NCBI GenBank assembly: GCA_020137815.1
Contig: CM035358.1
Location: forward strand, 1,054,001 to 1,118,000
DNA from: Hormiphora californensis
Lineage: Eukaryota; Animalia; Ctenophora
Reading direction: 5' to 3'
DNA: 64,000 nt
Made by a program: the position numbers and the translations under genes
The notes under the pieces: model-generated
Databases searched by the model: none
Told to the model about the DNA's origin: nothing
Seen by the model: only the letters and a program-made list of their open reading frames with translations
Shown: positions 1 to 11,362 of the stretch, one piece after another
How positions within the stretch are numbered: position 1 is the first letter of the stretch
Layout: every line of letters begins with the position of its first letter

Positions 1-108
1 AATGTGGGAGATATCCTCTAGAGGTGGGTAGAGAATGTGGGATACTTCCATATCAAAATCCAGGAGATATCCTCTAGAGGTGGGTAGAGAATGTGGGATA
101 CTTCCATA
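1..108. repeat. Tandem duplication of a ~57-bp unit
   Basis: GGAGATATCCTCTAGAGGTGGGTAGAGAATGTGGGATACTTCCATA occurs twice in tandem. Confidence 0.7.
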
Positions 109-433
109 ACAAAATGCATGTGAGGTATGGAAGTGGGAAACATGTTTGTGGTATTTTTCACAAAGTTTAGAACTTATACCCGATACCAGGACGAGATCAT
201 TGACTTAAAATTTTAAAACTGGGTTGGACAAAAATCCCGGTCAAAATCACAATCCCGGTACTGGTACGGGATCTTAATTCATCAGCTTTGTGTTTTTATT
301 GAGATACGATCATGTTGATAACGATCGCTCTTCACCATTAATTTCCTATTCTGCTGCACAAGGACCGTGTTGTTCATTAGCAATGAACCTTCTCTCTCAA
401 GCTGTTTTTCATTAGTTGCAGGTCAATCAATGT

Positions 434-434
434 G

Positions 435-493
<59 letters not shown>

Positions 494-512
494 GAGAGAG
501 ACGGAGAGAGAG
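434..512. repeat. (GA)n microsatellite
   Basis: Direct read. Similar (GA)/(CT) tracts lie at 1443-1503, 1845-1978, 7395-7558, 13959-14138, 21143-21296, 44607-44715 and 63858-63908. They explain the SLSL/RERE ORFs in the track. Confidence 0.95.
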
Positions 513-1438
513 AAATAAAGAATCAGAAGAGGAGCTGTTATAAGAGGGGGACGGTCCCTCATTCCAGTATTGTACAACAACACGCTGCACCGTCGCTAAT
601 TACAACTAGTCGGCCCAGTCAATATGATTAGTGCCGGACTGTAATCAGGCGATCTGCTCCTCAGCTTCTCCTCCTCTGGTCTCATTCTAGATAGAAGAGT
701 AGGGGAAATCCGGGAAATGCGAGAGGAAAAATTGTAGTTTCTCTATTCTCTTCGCATCCCTTATCTACAGAAATGGACATGATAATATATTGATCAATAC
801 TCTCTCCCTCTCTCTTCAAAAGCCGGCCCGTCGTTCGAGTCGCCTTCTTTGGCCGAGAGGAGTAGCTATCTCTCATCCATCTCTCCTCGCCTCTCTCTCT
901 CTTACTCTCTCTCCTCTCTCTCTCCTCTTCTCCTCTCTCTCTCTCTCTCTCTCTCCTCTTTCTCTCTCCTCTCGTCTCATACCCATTTCTAATCATCTCT
1001 ATCACCTTCTTCCTCAACCTTCAACACCTTCTTGTATCTTATGATCCACATCTAATTACTACTTATCATATGGCACCATTTCAGCTAATCAGGCCGATTA
1101 TAGTACTGCACTAATCGTTTTGATTCACACCCATTTCTGAGCGGAATTGCCTACATCACATTTACAACTGTATGGCCTCAAATTGATCGATTCACATGCG
1201 CAGTCATTTGTGCAAGTTCAAAAATGAACATTTATTTACCAATTCCAAATTATTTTCTATTCTAGAATTAGCAGGTCAGAACTTTTCTAGAATCTGTCTA
1301 AGGCTTATGGTAGTTAGGTATGTTCGAGCTGACGTTGTTCCTAATTTATCCCGCATATAAATTACTCTAGTCTTCAGGGATACTTCACTTGCTTTTGATT
1401 TGTGACATAGTGCCGCTACATAGTGCTGATATGTTACT

Positions 1439-1507
<69 letters not shown>

Positions 1508-1846
1508 TTTCTCAGATTCTCATCGTCTTCCTAAAAACTTCTCGGTAATTAACGTTAATTACCGACTATTACTAATCTCAATATATCGCGAGAAGAATTC
1601 TTCTTCCAAAACCGATTCTGAACCGCACTGTTTTTTGTCATGTTGTCTCCAACTTCATTTTGTAAAGCCAGGAGGTCCAGTTGCCCCGCCGCCCATTATT
1701 CCAAAGAGTCCTTCACACGACGGAGTTGGCATTACCGGAGGCTCTCAATTAGGATAGAGCCAGAGGGTGGTAGATCTGATCCTCTGAGTAGTGCCAGTGG
1801 AGAAGGAGAGGAGGAGGAGAGGAAGGAAGTTCCTGGTAGACATAGG

Positions 1847-1970
<124 letters not shown>

Positions 1971-2137
1971 GAGAGAAAGTCATGATATTGTTCAAATGTT
2001 CACATGAACTTGTCGCATGTCAGTTTCACATTTACCTTGCTTTTGAATCTTTCGCTTTCCATCTTTCAGCCTTTTCCAGCTCCCCTCAAACAAACTCTTA
2101 AATTCTTACTCTACTTTCAGATGAGTCAGCGTTTGAT

Positions 2138-5100
2138 ATGACGGGTAGGGGAGAGAGGACGTCCTACTATCCCTATCTGGAGCATTACCAGCCCTCATAC
2201 CCCCGACCACCCAGAGGAGGAGGAAAACCACCCTCCGCCCCGTCAGCCCCCGTCCCTAACAACCATCGAACCTCAGAACAGAACGGGAAAATCAAATACC
2301 CACCCAACCACAGAGACACCGGTACTTGTTTTAGTCTTGTTTGTTTGTTTGTTTGTTTGTCGGTTTGTTTATTTGTTTGTTTGTTTGTTTCTCTGTGTGT
2401 CTAAGGCTGAACAGATTCCTCAGGTTCCCCTACCGAACTAGAAGACAGTGACAGCGAAATCTCAGGTCCATATTTGTTTGTTTGTTTGTCTGTGTGTTTG
2501 TGTGATTGTTTCTCTGTTTGTTTCTCTGTGTGTCTAAGGCTGAACAGATTCCTCAGGTTCCCCCACCGAATTAGAGGACAGAGACGGGGAGGACTGCGAA
2601 GAATTCATGCCACCACCAAAGCGAAAGAAGAAAAAGAAGAGACGTGCCAACAGGTAAGAAACTAAATCTGCATCTTGGTTACCATGGTAACTTGGTTTTT
2701 TTAAACGATAAAAAGTAGATATTATTTTTCTTCAAATTCCAAGAATAAGACTTGTTTCGACAACCTGCAGCAGTGGGTCGGAGCCATGCGAGTACAGCCG
2801 GTGAGATATACATCACATGTACACATAAATCATCTGATTCTAACGGGTTTTTTTTCAAAAAAAAATATTCGATCTGTCCGACAGTTAGTGTGTTTTGTTT
2901 TGAAAACAAATCGAGAGATCTTCATGTTGTTGTTCATTGTCAGGGTGAGAGTTAGCTTAGCAGCTCCAACGAAATCTCTCCCTAGTTAATGTACCAATCT
3001 TTCTTTAGCTCTCTTTAATAAATGTAACAATCTCACTTTGGAGCTGCTCAGTAACTACAAATGGGAGTTTTAATCGCCGATTCATTCCTATGTGCCCGGT
3101 GTAGCCATTCTGATCAGTTTTAGCAGCCCAATTTTTCGTATTTTTAATGTTTCCGGGTAAATCATTTGGAATCCTACTTTCGTTTAGTCTCATGACGCCT
3201 TTCTATTGATCCTATGTTTGGGAAATGGGAATTATGGGGAATTATCCTCATCATTTGATATAAATGGCGTATCGATTCGCTCCTTTTCTTAGGCCCTGTA
3301 ACTAACTTGTCCAGTTGCAACTATTCAGTATTGGTATGGAAGCCACATAAATTCTGAGCAATTCTATAAGCTGGTTATAACTACAGACTGGCGGGAGTAG
3401 GGATAGAAATAGACGGGGAAATAGATGCAGAGAGAGAGAAGGAGAAATTTGGGCGGGGAGAGAAGGATAAATTTGGGCGGGGAGAGAAATGCAGATAGGA
3501 AGATTTCTGAAGTGAGAAATTTTAAGTAACATCTTATAATTAACAACATGTCATTTTGACTGAAGCATATATCCCAGCCGATGTTTGACAACCCTTGAGC
3601 AACGGAAAAGTAAACGAAGAAGAAAAAAGTAAAGTTTTAGAATGGAATATTATATCAGCATTAGATAATGCGGGTCATATTACTTTTCATGGTTTTAGAA
3701 TGAATTGGACACTGAATTTGGTCAGATTTAGTATGATAAGAGCACTAAAGGATTTGGTAACCAGTATTTTTAAGAGTTTTTGGCGTTTTTTTACCAAATC
3801 CGTGTTTAAAAGGGCTTACTAAAACATGCACTGCTTATTCTCAGCCCAGACTGTGCATTAGTAAAACAGTTAGCTAGGGGTTTAATCCGCACGACACACT
3901 CCCTGAATTTGCATGATCCCACCATTTTCCTGTTTTTACTATTTGTTACCGGATTGAGAGAGAATTCTGCATCCAATGTACTCCACTCCTCCTGAACCCC
4001 AATCTAACACCCCCTCCCCCTAGAGCGGCCTTGGAACAGAGGAGAGAGGAAATGGAACCAGATGAAATGGAATCCTTCAAGGAGTTCGCATCAACCGTAA
4101 CGGCAGACTACCTGGCTGAGATGTTCGCCAAAGCATCAAATGGTCGGAGGGCCATTTGGGTTTCATTGTGGCTTGCATCTTTTGTTTACGCTTGGTACAA
4201 TATTGGTAAGAAGGGTTACAAAAGGGTTGCAAAAATGCTTGAGTTTTGTTTTTCGTCTTATTTAAAACTTCTTCCCATGTTTCATAACCCTCTCTTTCCA
4301 GAGTTCGTCTCTTCTTAATCCTAACCCCCTCCTCCAAGTGTTGGTTTCTACCTACTAACCCCCTCCTCCAACTATTGGTTTCTACCTACTAACCCTCCCA
4401 TCCCCCGCAGCGTTAAGTGTTGGCGTATACCTCAGCAAGCCGACAGCCACAAAACTCAACTTCTACGAAGCCCCACCCGGCGGAGTCGCCTTCCCCACCG
4501 TTACCATATGTAACTTCAACAAATACAATAAAAGCTTCTTCGAGAGAGAGGGAGATTCAGTGAATAGCCAACTCAGAGACTTTCTAGTAGCCACCACACC
4601 CATTTGGGATCATAAGGAGAGACTGGAACAAGACCAATGGACTTCTAAATACCCTAATGTATGTAGTTTAGGATGGGGTGTAGCGAGGGGGTACCAATGG
4701 ACTTCTAAATACCCTAATGTAGTTTAGGCGGGGGTGTATCGAGAGGGTACGTGGTTAGGGTGGGTTTCTATTTCTATCAGGGGGAGGTGGTGTATTTGGC
4801 TAGGATACGTCGGAGAATGGAGGCTGGGGTAGGCGTGGTTACTGGTTAGAATCTAGATTATGGGAATAGTTTGTCAATAAAGGATTAGGTGTTCTCGATT
4901 CTCGAAAGAATCTTGAGGTCAGATCTTAGAAATCTATCAGTACCAGAACAACGAAGCCAATAAAATCTTTTATCGGACCTGGCTTGCCCAGTCCTTCTTA
5001 TATAACCCTGGGTCAGGCATCGCCCTGACCCTTTCTCGCGATAAGAGTCATGGTCGCGCTGACAGCTGAACTGGTTTGGTCAGATCATTTGACTCAGGGC

Positions 5101-7410
5101 TGGGTCATATGACATATCTGACTCAGGGCTGGCCAGTTAAGGCTTTGTAGCCCTCTCCCACGCACAACGCGGGAGAAACAACCCGGGTTGTTTCTCCCGC
5201 GTTGTGCGTGGGAGAGGGCTACAAAGCCTTAACTGATCAGGGTGTCAGATCATCTGACTCGAGCCATGGGTTGTTGTTTAACTGAGGGTGATGTCAGAAC
5301 ATCTGACTCGAGCCATGGGTTGTTGTTTCAGATTCAGAATCTAGACCTAAAGCGGGTGTTAAATGCTGCAACCCATCGACTAGAAGATACCGTTGAGTTT
5401 TGTAGGTGGGTGATCCTGCACCTAACATGTGTGTGTGTGTCTGTGTGTTTGTGTGTCTGTGTAACTGTGACAAGCCGGGTACCTTTCTTTCTCTGAATAT
5501 TTCGTTCGGGGCATATTTCTCTTGAATTTTCTCTAAAATTGTCTCTTGAACTGTGATCTTTCTCCGATTGAAATATCGAAGCCGATGCAGTAAACAAGAA
5601 GATACAATTTCTCTCTGTGTCACCCTTGGGCGTGTGTCACAGCTTACCACACACAAACCCACACACACACACACACATTACTACCTCATATATATTAACC
5701 CTCCCTCCTCCTCCCCTTCCCCTCATTCAGATCATGTCTCTGAACCTGAAAGAGCTCTACGCCAATGGGTCTCACTTCATTACAAACACTGTAGAGTACT
5801 GTAGGTAGGCGCCATATATTGTGTGATATTAAATCAGTGTGATCATCACATGTGTGTGATATTTCAGTGTGATCATCACATGTGTGTGATTGTGTGTGTG
5901 TGAATCTATCTCCCACCCGGTGCACTATAATACTCGAAATAAAGCTCCCTGGGAAAACCCAAGATCTCAACTCAATCAACTGTACTGCTGCAGTAGTTCT
6001 AACTTGAATTCCTCACTCCCTTATTTCCTCACAAATGTGGAAAAGAGATTTTGAGCGAGTTCTACCATAGAAACCGATCCAATGATCCAAAAACCATTCT
6101 CTGGTTTTTCTTTTCCAAATTTTCTCTCTTAATACAATTTGGGTTTTCTCAGGAATGTGTGACCTGCTTGCTGACTTACTTTATATCATTTATCATCAGT
6201 TTGTCTGTATTTTTTGTTCGTTTGTTGCAAACGTGTGTGCGAGTGTGGGTGTTTGTGAGTGTGTGTGAGTGAAAATATTTTCAAAATATTGTGAGAGTGA
6301 GTTTGTGAGTGTGATTGTGTGAATTTTCCTCTTTGCTAGACCTTTGCTATGCCATAATATATCTTCTTCCGCTAGCCCCTCCTCTGCACCCACAGTCACA
6401 CACTGTCTGGCGGCGCCATACCTCGTTTTGGTGGTGCACTCAGATTGGGTTGGCGCTGTCACTCACACAGTGTCTGGCGGCGCCGACCTGTGAATCAAAT
6501 CGGGCTCTGGCGCCGCCAGACAGGTCACACATGCATTATTCGCTGCTGAATATGCTGCACCTCTCTCTCCATCTTGTTACCTCGCAGGTTCGGTGGGAAG
6601 CCCTGTAAAGATACCGCCAACAGAGAGACATCAATACCCAGTGAGGCATTCACTAAGGTTAGTACTACTGGTGACTGGTTATCTAACTAGTTGACAGTTG
6701 TTACCATGATGAGTTGTTGTCATGGTAACACCTACAACAACAACCAAGGTAGTGACGGTATTATGTTGTTACCATGGTAGCGAGCTGTTACCATGGTAGC
6801 GAGCTGTTACCATGACAAACTCCTTTACTTCCCTAATTATTCCCAAATTATTCATGCTAAACTGTCCAGGTATATACAGAACACGGGTTATGTTACGCGT
6901 TTAACCTTGATGGTAAACTGAATATGACACGGACTGGTGCCCAATATGGACTTAGTCTCAGGCTGCACGTTGCCCAGGATGACTACTTCCGGACACAGGT
7001 ATATGCCCATATATAGACATGCTCAAATATGGTTAGACAGATATGATGCTGGATCACTGGGGTTATTACTACAGCAGCCTAACCGGGGTCAAATCTCGAT
7101 AGGTACGGATCCGTATAAAATCGAGGTTTGACTGTGTATCTGCATATGCCCTTATTTTCCTCATCCCTCCCAGGATGTGGCTGGGTTCAAGGTTCTCCTG
7201 CACAACTCCTACGAGCCCCCAATGATTGAGGAGTATGGGTTTGCACTGCGTCCTGGTTCCGAGTCTTATGTGAGAATCCGACTACAAAAGGTACCTATTG
7301 AAGCACACAGTGATGTGTTAATGTCCGTGTTTTTATTTTATGTGTCACAACCGTGTTGATGAAGGAGTCTACCAATGCCCCCCCACTGTCCACAGGAGAG
7401 AGGGGAGAGG

Positions 7411-7504
<94 letters not shown>

Positions 7505-10500
7505 TATATAGAAAGAGAGAGAGAGAGATAGAGAAAGAGAGAGAGAGAGTGAGAGAGACTAGAATTAAATGCCTGTTAGTCAGAGTTCAAAGAATGCTAA
7601 ATGTTGAGTATAGATATTATATAGTGAGTGTTGAGAAACAAGATACACAATGCGTGTAATTAGAGACTATATATATCGCCTAGTAAACAAATCCAGGGAC
7701 ACCAATTCTAACACAGAAAGCCCCCTACATTTACCTAACAAATGTTCATTAAAATATTACTTGGCTATTATTTGTTCAAGCCCCGTTCAATGTTGGGTTG
7801 AGAGAAGAGAGATTGAGAAAGAGATGGAGGAGGAGAAAGATCTTGAGATAGAGAAAGTGTTTTGGGCCAAATGATGCTTCGAGAGGTGTGGCAATAACAG
7901 AATGGTATCCTACCAAGACCAATCGTGACAGTTAGATCGTGTGTCAGTGTTATTATTTGAAACAAAAACTAACAAAAATAATTTCTTTCTCTTTCTGATC
8001 TATCTCTCAATCTCACTTTCTGATCTCTCTCTCTCTCTCTCTCTCTCTCTAAATCTCTCTTTCTGATCTAGATATCACTCTCTTTTTCCTGTTCCATCCC
8101 TCTCCTCTCATCATCCTTTATCCTACTAGATGATCTACATGTCACCATATATGAACTTCAATTTGCTAAAAAACTATGAGTTTCATCAGGAGCCAAAAGC
8201 TCCGAAGGCTCCCAAACCTAAGAAAGTGAGAGAAAGCTTCTAAAGTGTGTGAATTTGCAGCGTGTGTGTGTGTGCTTGGTGTGTGATTAAGTGTGAACGT
8301 GCGAGAAGTAAAATGATACATATTTGAATTTGAAAAAGCTAATCCCACTTTTGTGTGTATGAGTGTGTGTGACTGATTTGAACGTTTGACTAATTTTGGG
8401 AAATTTCATATGGGATTGTGCGTGTTTGCAAGATGACCAGAGCGCAAGAAGAGACAGAGTCGAAGGGATAGAGAGAGAGAGAGAAAGAGAGAGAGATAGA
8501 TAGAGATATTTTATTCATTAAACTGCAGCGCTCCTTCATCAATAGCACCAGTGAAGCAGCACCTCCCCCGCCAGGACCCCTCTAGTTCCTTGGTTAGTTT
8601 AGGGTAAAGAGTATCCTCACCATGCAAGCCCTATCCCCTCTGAGCTCCTAGACCTAGGAGCAGGAACCGACCGAAACAAGTAAACAACCAATTGGAACTC
8701 GTTATTTAGGCCACGTGACTGGTTATCAGCCAATCAGTGACCAGTATTTCCTGATTCGGTCGGTTCCTGCCTAGGAGGTTTGTCTTCAGATGCCCTTACC
8801 TAGCAAGGACACAATCCATCCTAAATAGCACCCTCCTCCAATTTGGTCCATCATACAGCTCAAACCCCCTACCCCACACCCTTCCATCTCTTCCTTCCAT
8901 CTCTCCCTACCCTCACACCCCTCCCCCTACCCCACACCCTTCCATCTCTCCCTACCCAACACCCTTCCATCTCTTCCTACCCTCACACCCCTCACCCTCC
9001 CTCTCCCCACACCCCCCCCGTCTCTCTCTGCACGTGAAGCCTGTTCCAGACCCTGCAGTTATATGAGAGCTCTGGGTTGCAGCAAGTGAAGCAGCTCTCG
9101 TGAAGCCCCCACCTTCCCCCCACGCTACTTCTGACATCTATTAGTACGTAAATCCCCAGTTTAGGGATACCCAAAGACCCCTGGGTTACTGTGACCCAGT
9201 GCTGGAACAGGATTACCAGCCCGCTGGGTATACCATTGCGAAGTGTGTGATGAACAACCGGGCGAGGTATACCATACAGAAGTGCAACTGTATACCATTC
9301 TACATGGAAGGTTAGTTGAACACATGTTCTCAGTTTGTAAGAGTTATCAACCTAATAGGGGACATTGCTTGACCAGTAATTGTCTGCAAGATATCCTACC
9401 TAACAGGCACCACCCTTCTGTACCAGTCCTACCAATATCTAACATCCTCATCCCTCATCCCTTCTAGTTCCCCGTGATAACCCTATTCCCCCCTTCCAGC
9501 TCCCCGTGATAACCCGATTCCCCCTTCCAGCTCCCCGTGATAACCTCATCCCTCCCCTTCCAGTTCCCCGTGATAACCTCATCCCTCCCCTTCCAGTTCC
9601 CCGTGACCTGTCCTCCACTTCCCCGAAAGTCTGCAACCTCTACCAAGAATGGGACTGTGTGGAACCCCTCCTGGAGGAAATAGCACTGGGCACTTTGACG
9701 ATGGGCGGGGAGTTGGTCCAGGACCCGGACTGTCCCTCACCTTGTAATTATGTCACATACAGTTACACCATATCTCAATCAGGTAATTGAAGGATTGCCG
9801 AGGTACTTTACTCAGTGCCCAAAAAGAGCCTTTTTTCTGGATGATTCTTCCTCATTTCTAACCTTCTCTAGTAATAGAATCATAACCCCTTCTTCACTAC
9901 CCAGAGTACCCGAGTCAAAGTGTGGAAGCGGAAGTGAAGAGTAAGGTGGTGGGAGACAGGGGTGCTGGATGGACCATTGAACGAATCCGGGACAACTATT
10001 TGAAGGTATCCAACGCCAATCCTATAAAACTAGAAGGGGTGACTTGTCTATTTCCACAATTCTCTAGTGTTACCTCATATACAACTAACCCCTCCCCCTT
10101 CTCTAGGTGCATATCTATTTCGAGGAACTGTCCACTCTTGAAATGGAACGACATCCCTCCTACATGATCTCTAACCTAATTGGTAAGAATGGCAGCTATC
10201 AGGACCGACAGCCAATCAGAACTCGTTATTTAGGTCACGTGACTGGTTATCAGCCAATCAGGGACCAGTATTTCCTGATTCGGTCGGTTCCTGGCAGCTA
10301 TATCTATATAAGTCTGAGTTTCGTATATAGATTCCTTCCCAATGTGAATTCATATCACCCTATCACCCCCAATATATCAGTAGCATCCCCAATGGCAAAT
10401 ATCACCCCTAATAACACCCCCTTCCCTCTCTAGGTGACAAATATCACCCCTAATAACACCCCCTTCCCTCTCTAGGTGACGTTGGTGGACAGCTAGGTCT

Positions 10501-10639
10501 ACTGCTTGGAATGAATATCTGCTCCCTCGTCCAGTTCACCGACTACATCATCCGGTTCTCCTTCTTTAACGGGATCATGAAACTAGTTAGGATGTCCAAC
10601 AGAAACAATAAGAGAACGGCAGGACGTTCACGACTGTAG
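2138..10639 (+). CDS. DEG/ENaC (ASIC/degenerin family) ion channel subunit, multi-exon
   Basis: Phase-consistent GT-AG exons: 2138-2321, 2415-2465, 2548-2653, 4024-4205 (pre-TM1 and TM1, RRAIWVSLWLASFVYAWYNI), 4411-4658 (FPTVTICNFN), 5332-5405 or 5731-5804, 6588-6657, 6870-6998 (TEHGLCYAFN...GAQYGLSLRL), 7174-7290 (AGFKVLLH...GFALRPG), 9160-9310 (Cys-rich thumb, CNC), 9597-9782, 9905-10005, 10107-10182 (VHIYFEEL), 10476-10639 (TM2, GDVGGQLGLLLGMN, TAG stop). Confidence 0.95.
5134..5235. repeat. Perfect 102-bp palindrome with no loop, in a channel intron
   Basis: CAGTTAAGGCTTTGTAGCCC...AACCC|GGGTT...GGGCTACAAAGCCTTAACTG. Confidence 0.95.
5332..5405 (+). other. Mutually exclusive exon A of the DEG/ENaC gene (IQNLDLKRVLNAATHRLEDTVEFCR)
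   Basis: 74 nt, TTTCAG acceptor, GTGGGT donor, phase 0 to 2, homologous to 5731-5804. Confidence 0.8.
5731..5804 (+). other. Mutually exclusive exon B of the DEG/ENaC gene (IMSLNLKELYANGSHFITNTVEYCR)
   Basis: 74 nt, TTCAG acceptor, GTAGGC donor, phase 0 to 2; including both A and B frameshifts. Confidence 0.8.
8661..8769. mobile_element. hAT-type MITE (~110 bp), copy 1
   Basis: TIR CAGGAACCGACCGAA / TTCGGTCGGTTCCTG; 8-bp TSD CCTAGGAG on both sides. Confidence 0.9.
9462..9605 (+). repeat. ~33-bp tandem repeat carrying a duplicated splice acceptor
   Basis: Units like CCCCGTGATAACCTCATCCCTCCCCTTCCAGTT; the last copy is the acceptor of exon 9597. Confidence 0.85.
10200..10293. mobile_element. 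hAT-type MITE copy 2
   Basis: Same family with a shortened left end; 8-bp TSD GCAGCTAT. Confidence 0.9.
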
Positions 10640-11362
10640 CAGGAGTGATGAGACTTTGTGTGTTGTAGTTGGGGGTGATTTTTTTAAAGAGAGAGATAGA
10701 GAGAAGTTATAATATATATATATTATATATGGGGTCCTAAATATTTTCTTATCATATGTGATGTATCATGTGATAATATATCACACAAACATATTAATAT
10801 GGGTATGATATATTATATATGAAGATGTGTGACTGATAAGGTAATTAAAAAGTTAATTAATAACACGGTTTTTTATAAATGGAACACTAAAAGTTAGCCA
10901 CAGAGAGATAACGTAGCTTTACTAACTGCTACAGTAAAATTTATTAACAATATTAACGTTTAAAGTACCACACTGTAAGCAGGTTCACTGTTAAATGTTT
11001 TTATTATTACTTAAAACTTATATAACCTCTTTTATTTCTAAATATTATGTGAGAAAAAATCCTAAATGGATGGCCATGGCATCGAGCTCCATTGCTTCAT
11101 AACGACATCTGAACACAGACTAGCTACACTCTTTCCCTGCCTATCTGGCGGCGCCGACCACGTGTTGATCGGGTCAGATCGGGCCGGCACCGCCAGACAG
11201 CTCACTCCCTATATATCTGAAATCGTTCTATTGTTCATCTTTTAGTGTCTCCCCATTTTCGAGAAAATCCCAGTCCCGAGTTCATATCCACACACATGTG
11301 TATACGTGCCTCGTCAGTTCGGAAGTCTATAACCCTCTAATTTCCACCTGCACCTCGTCATG

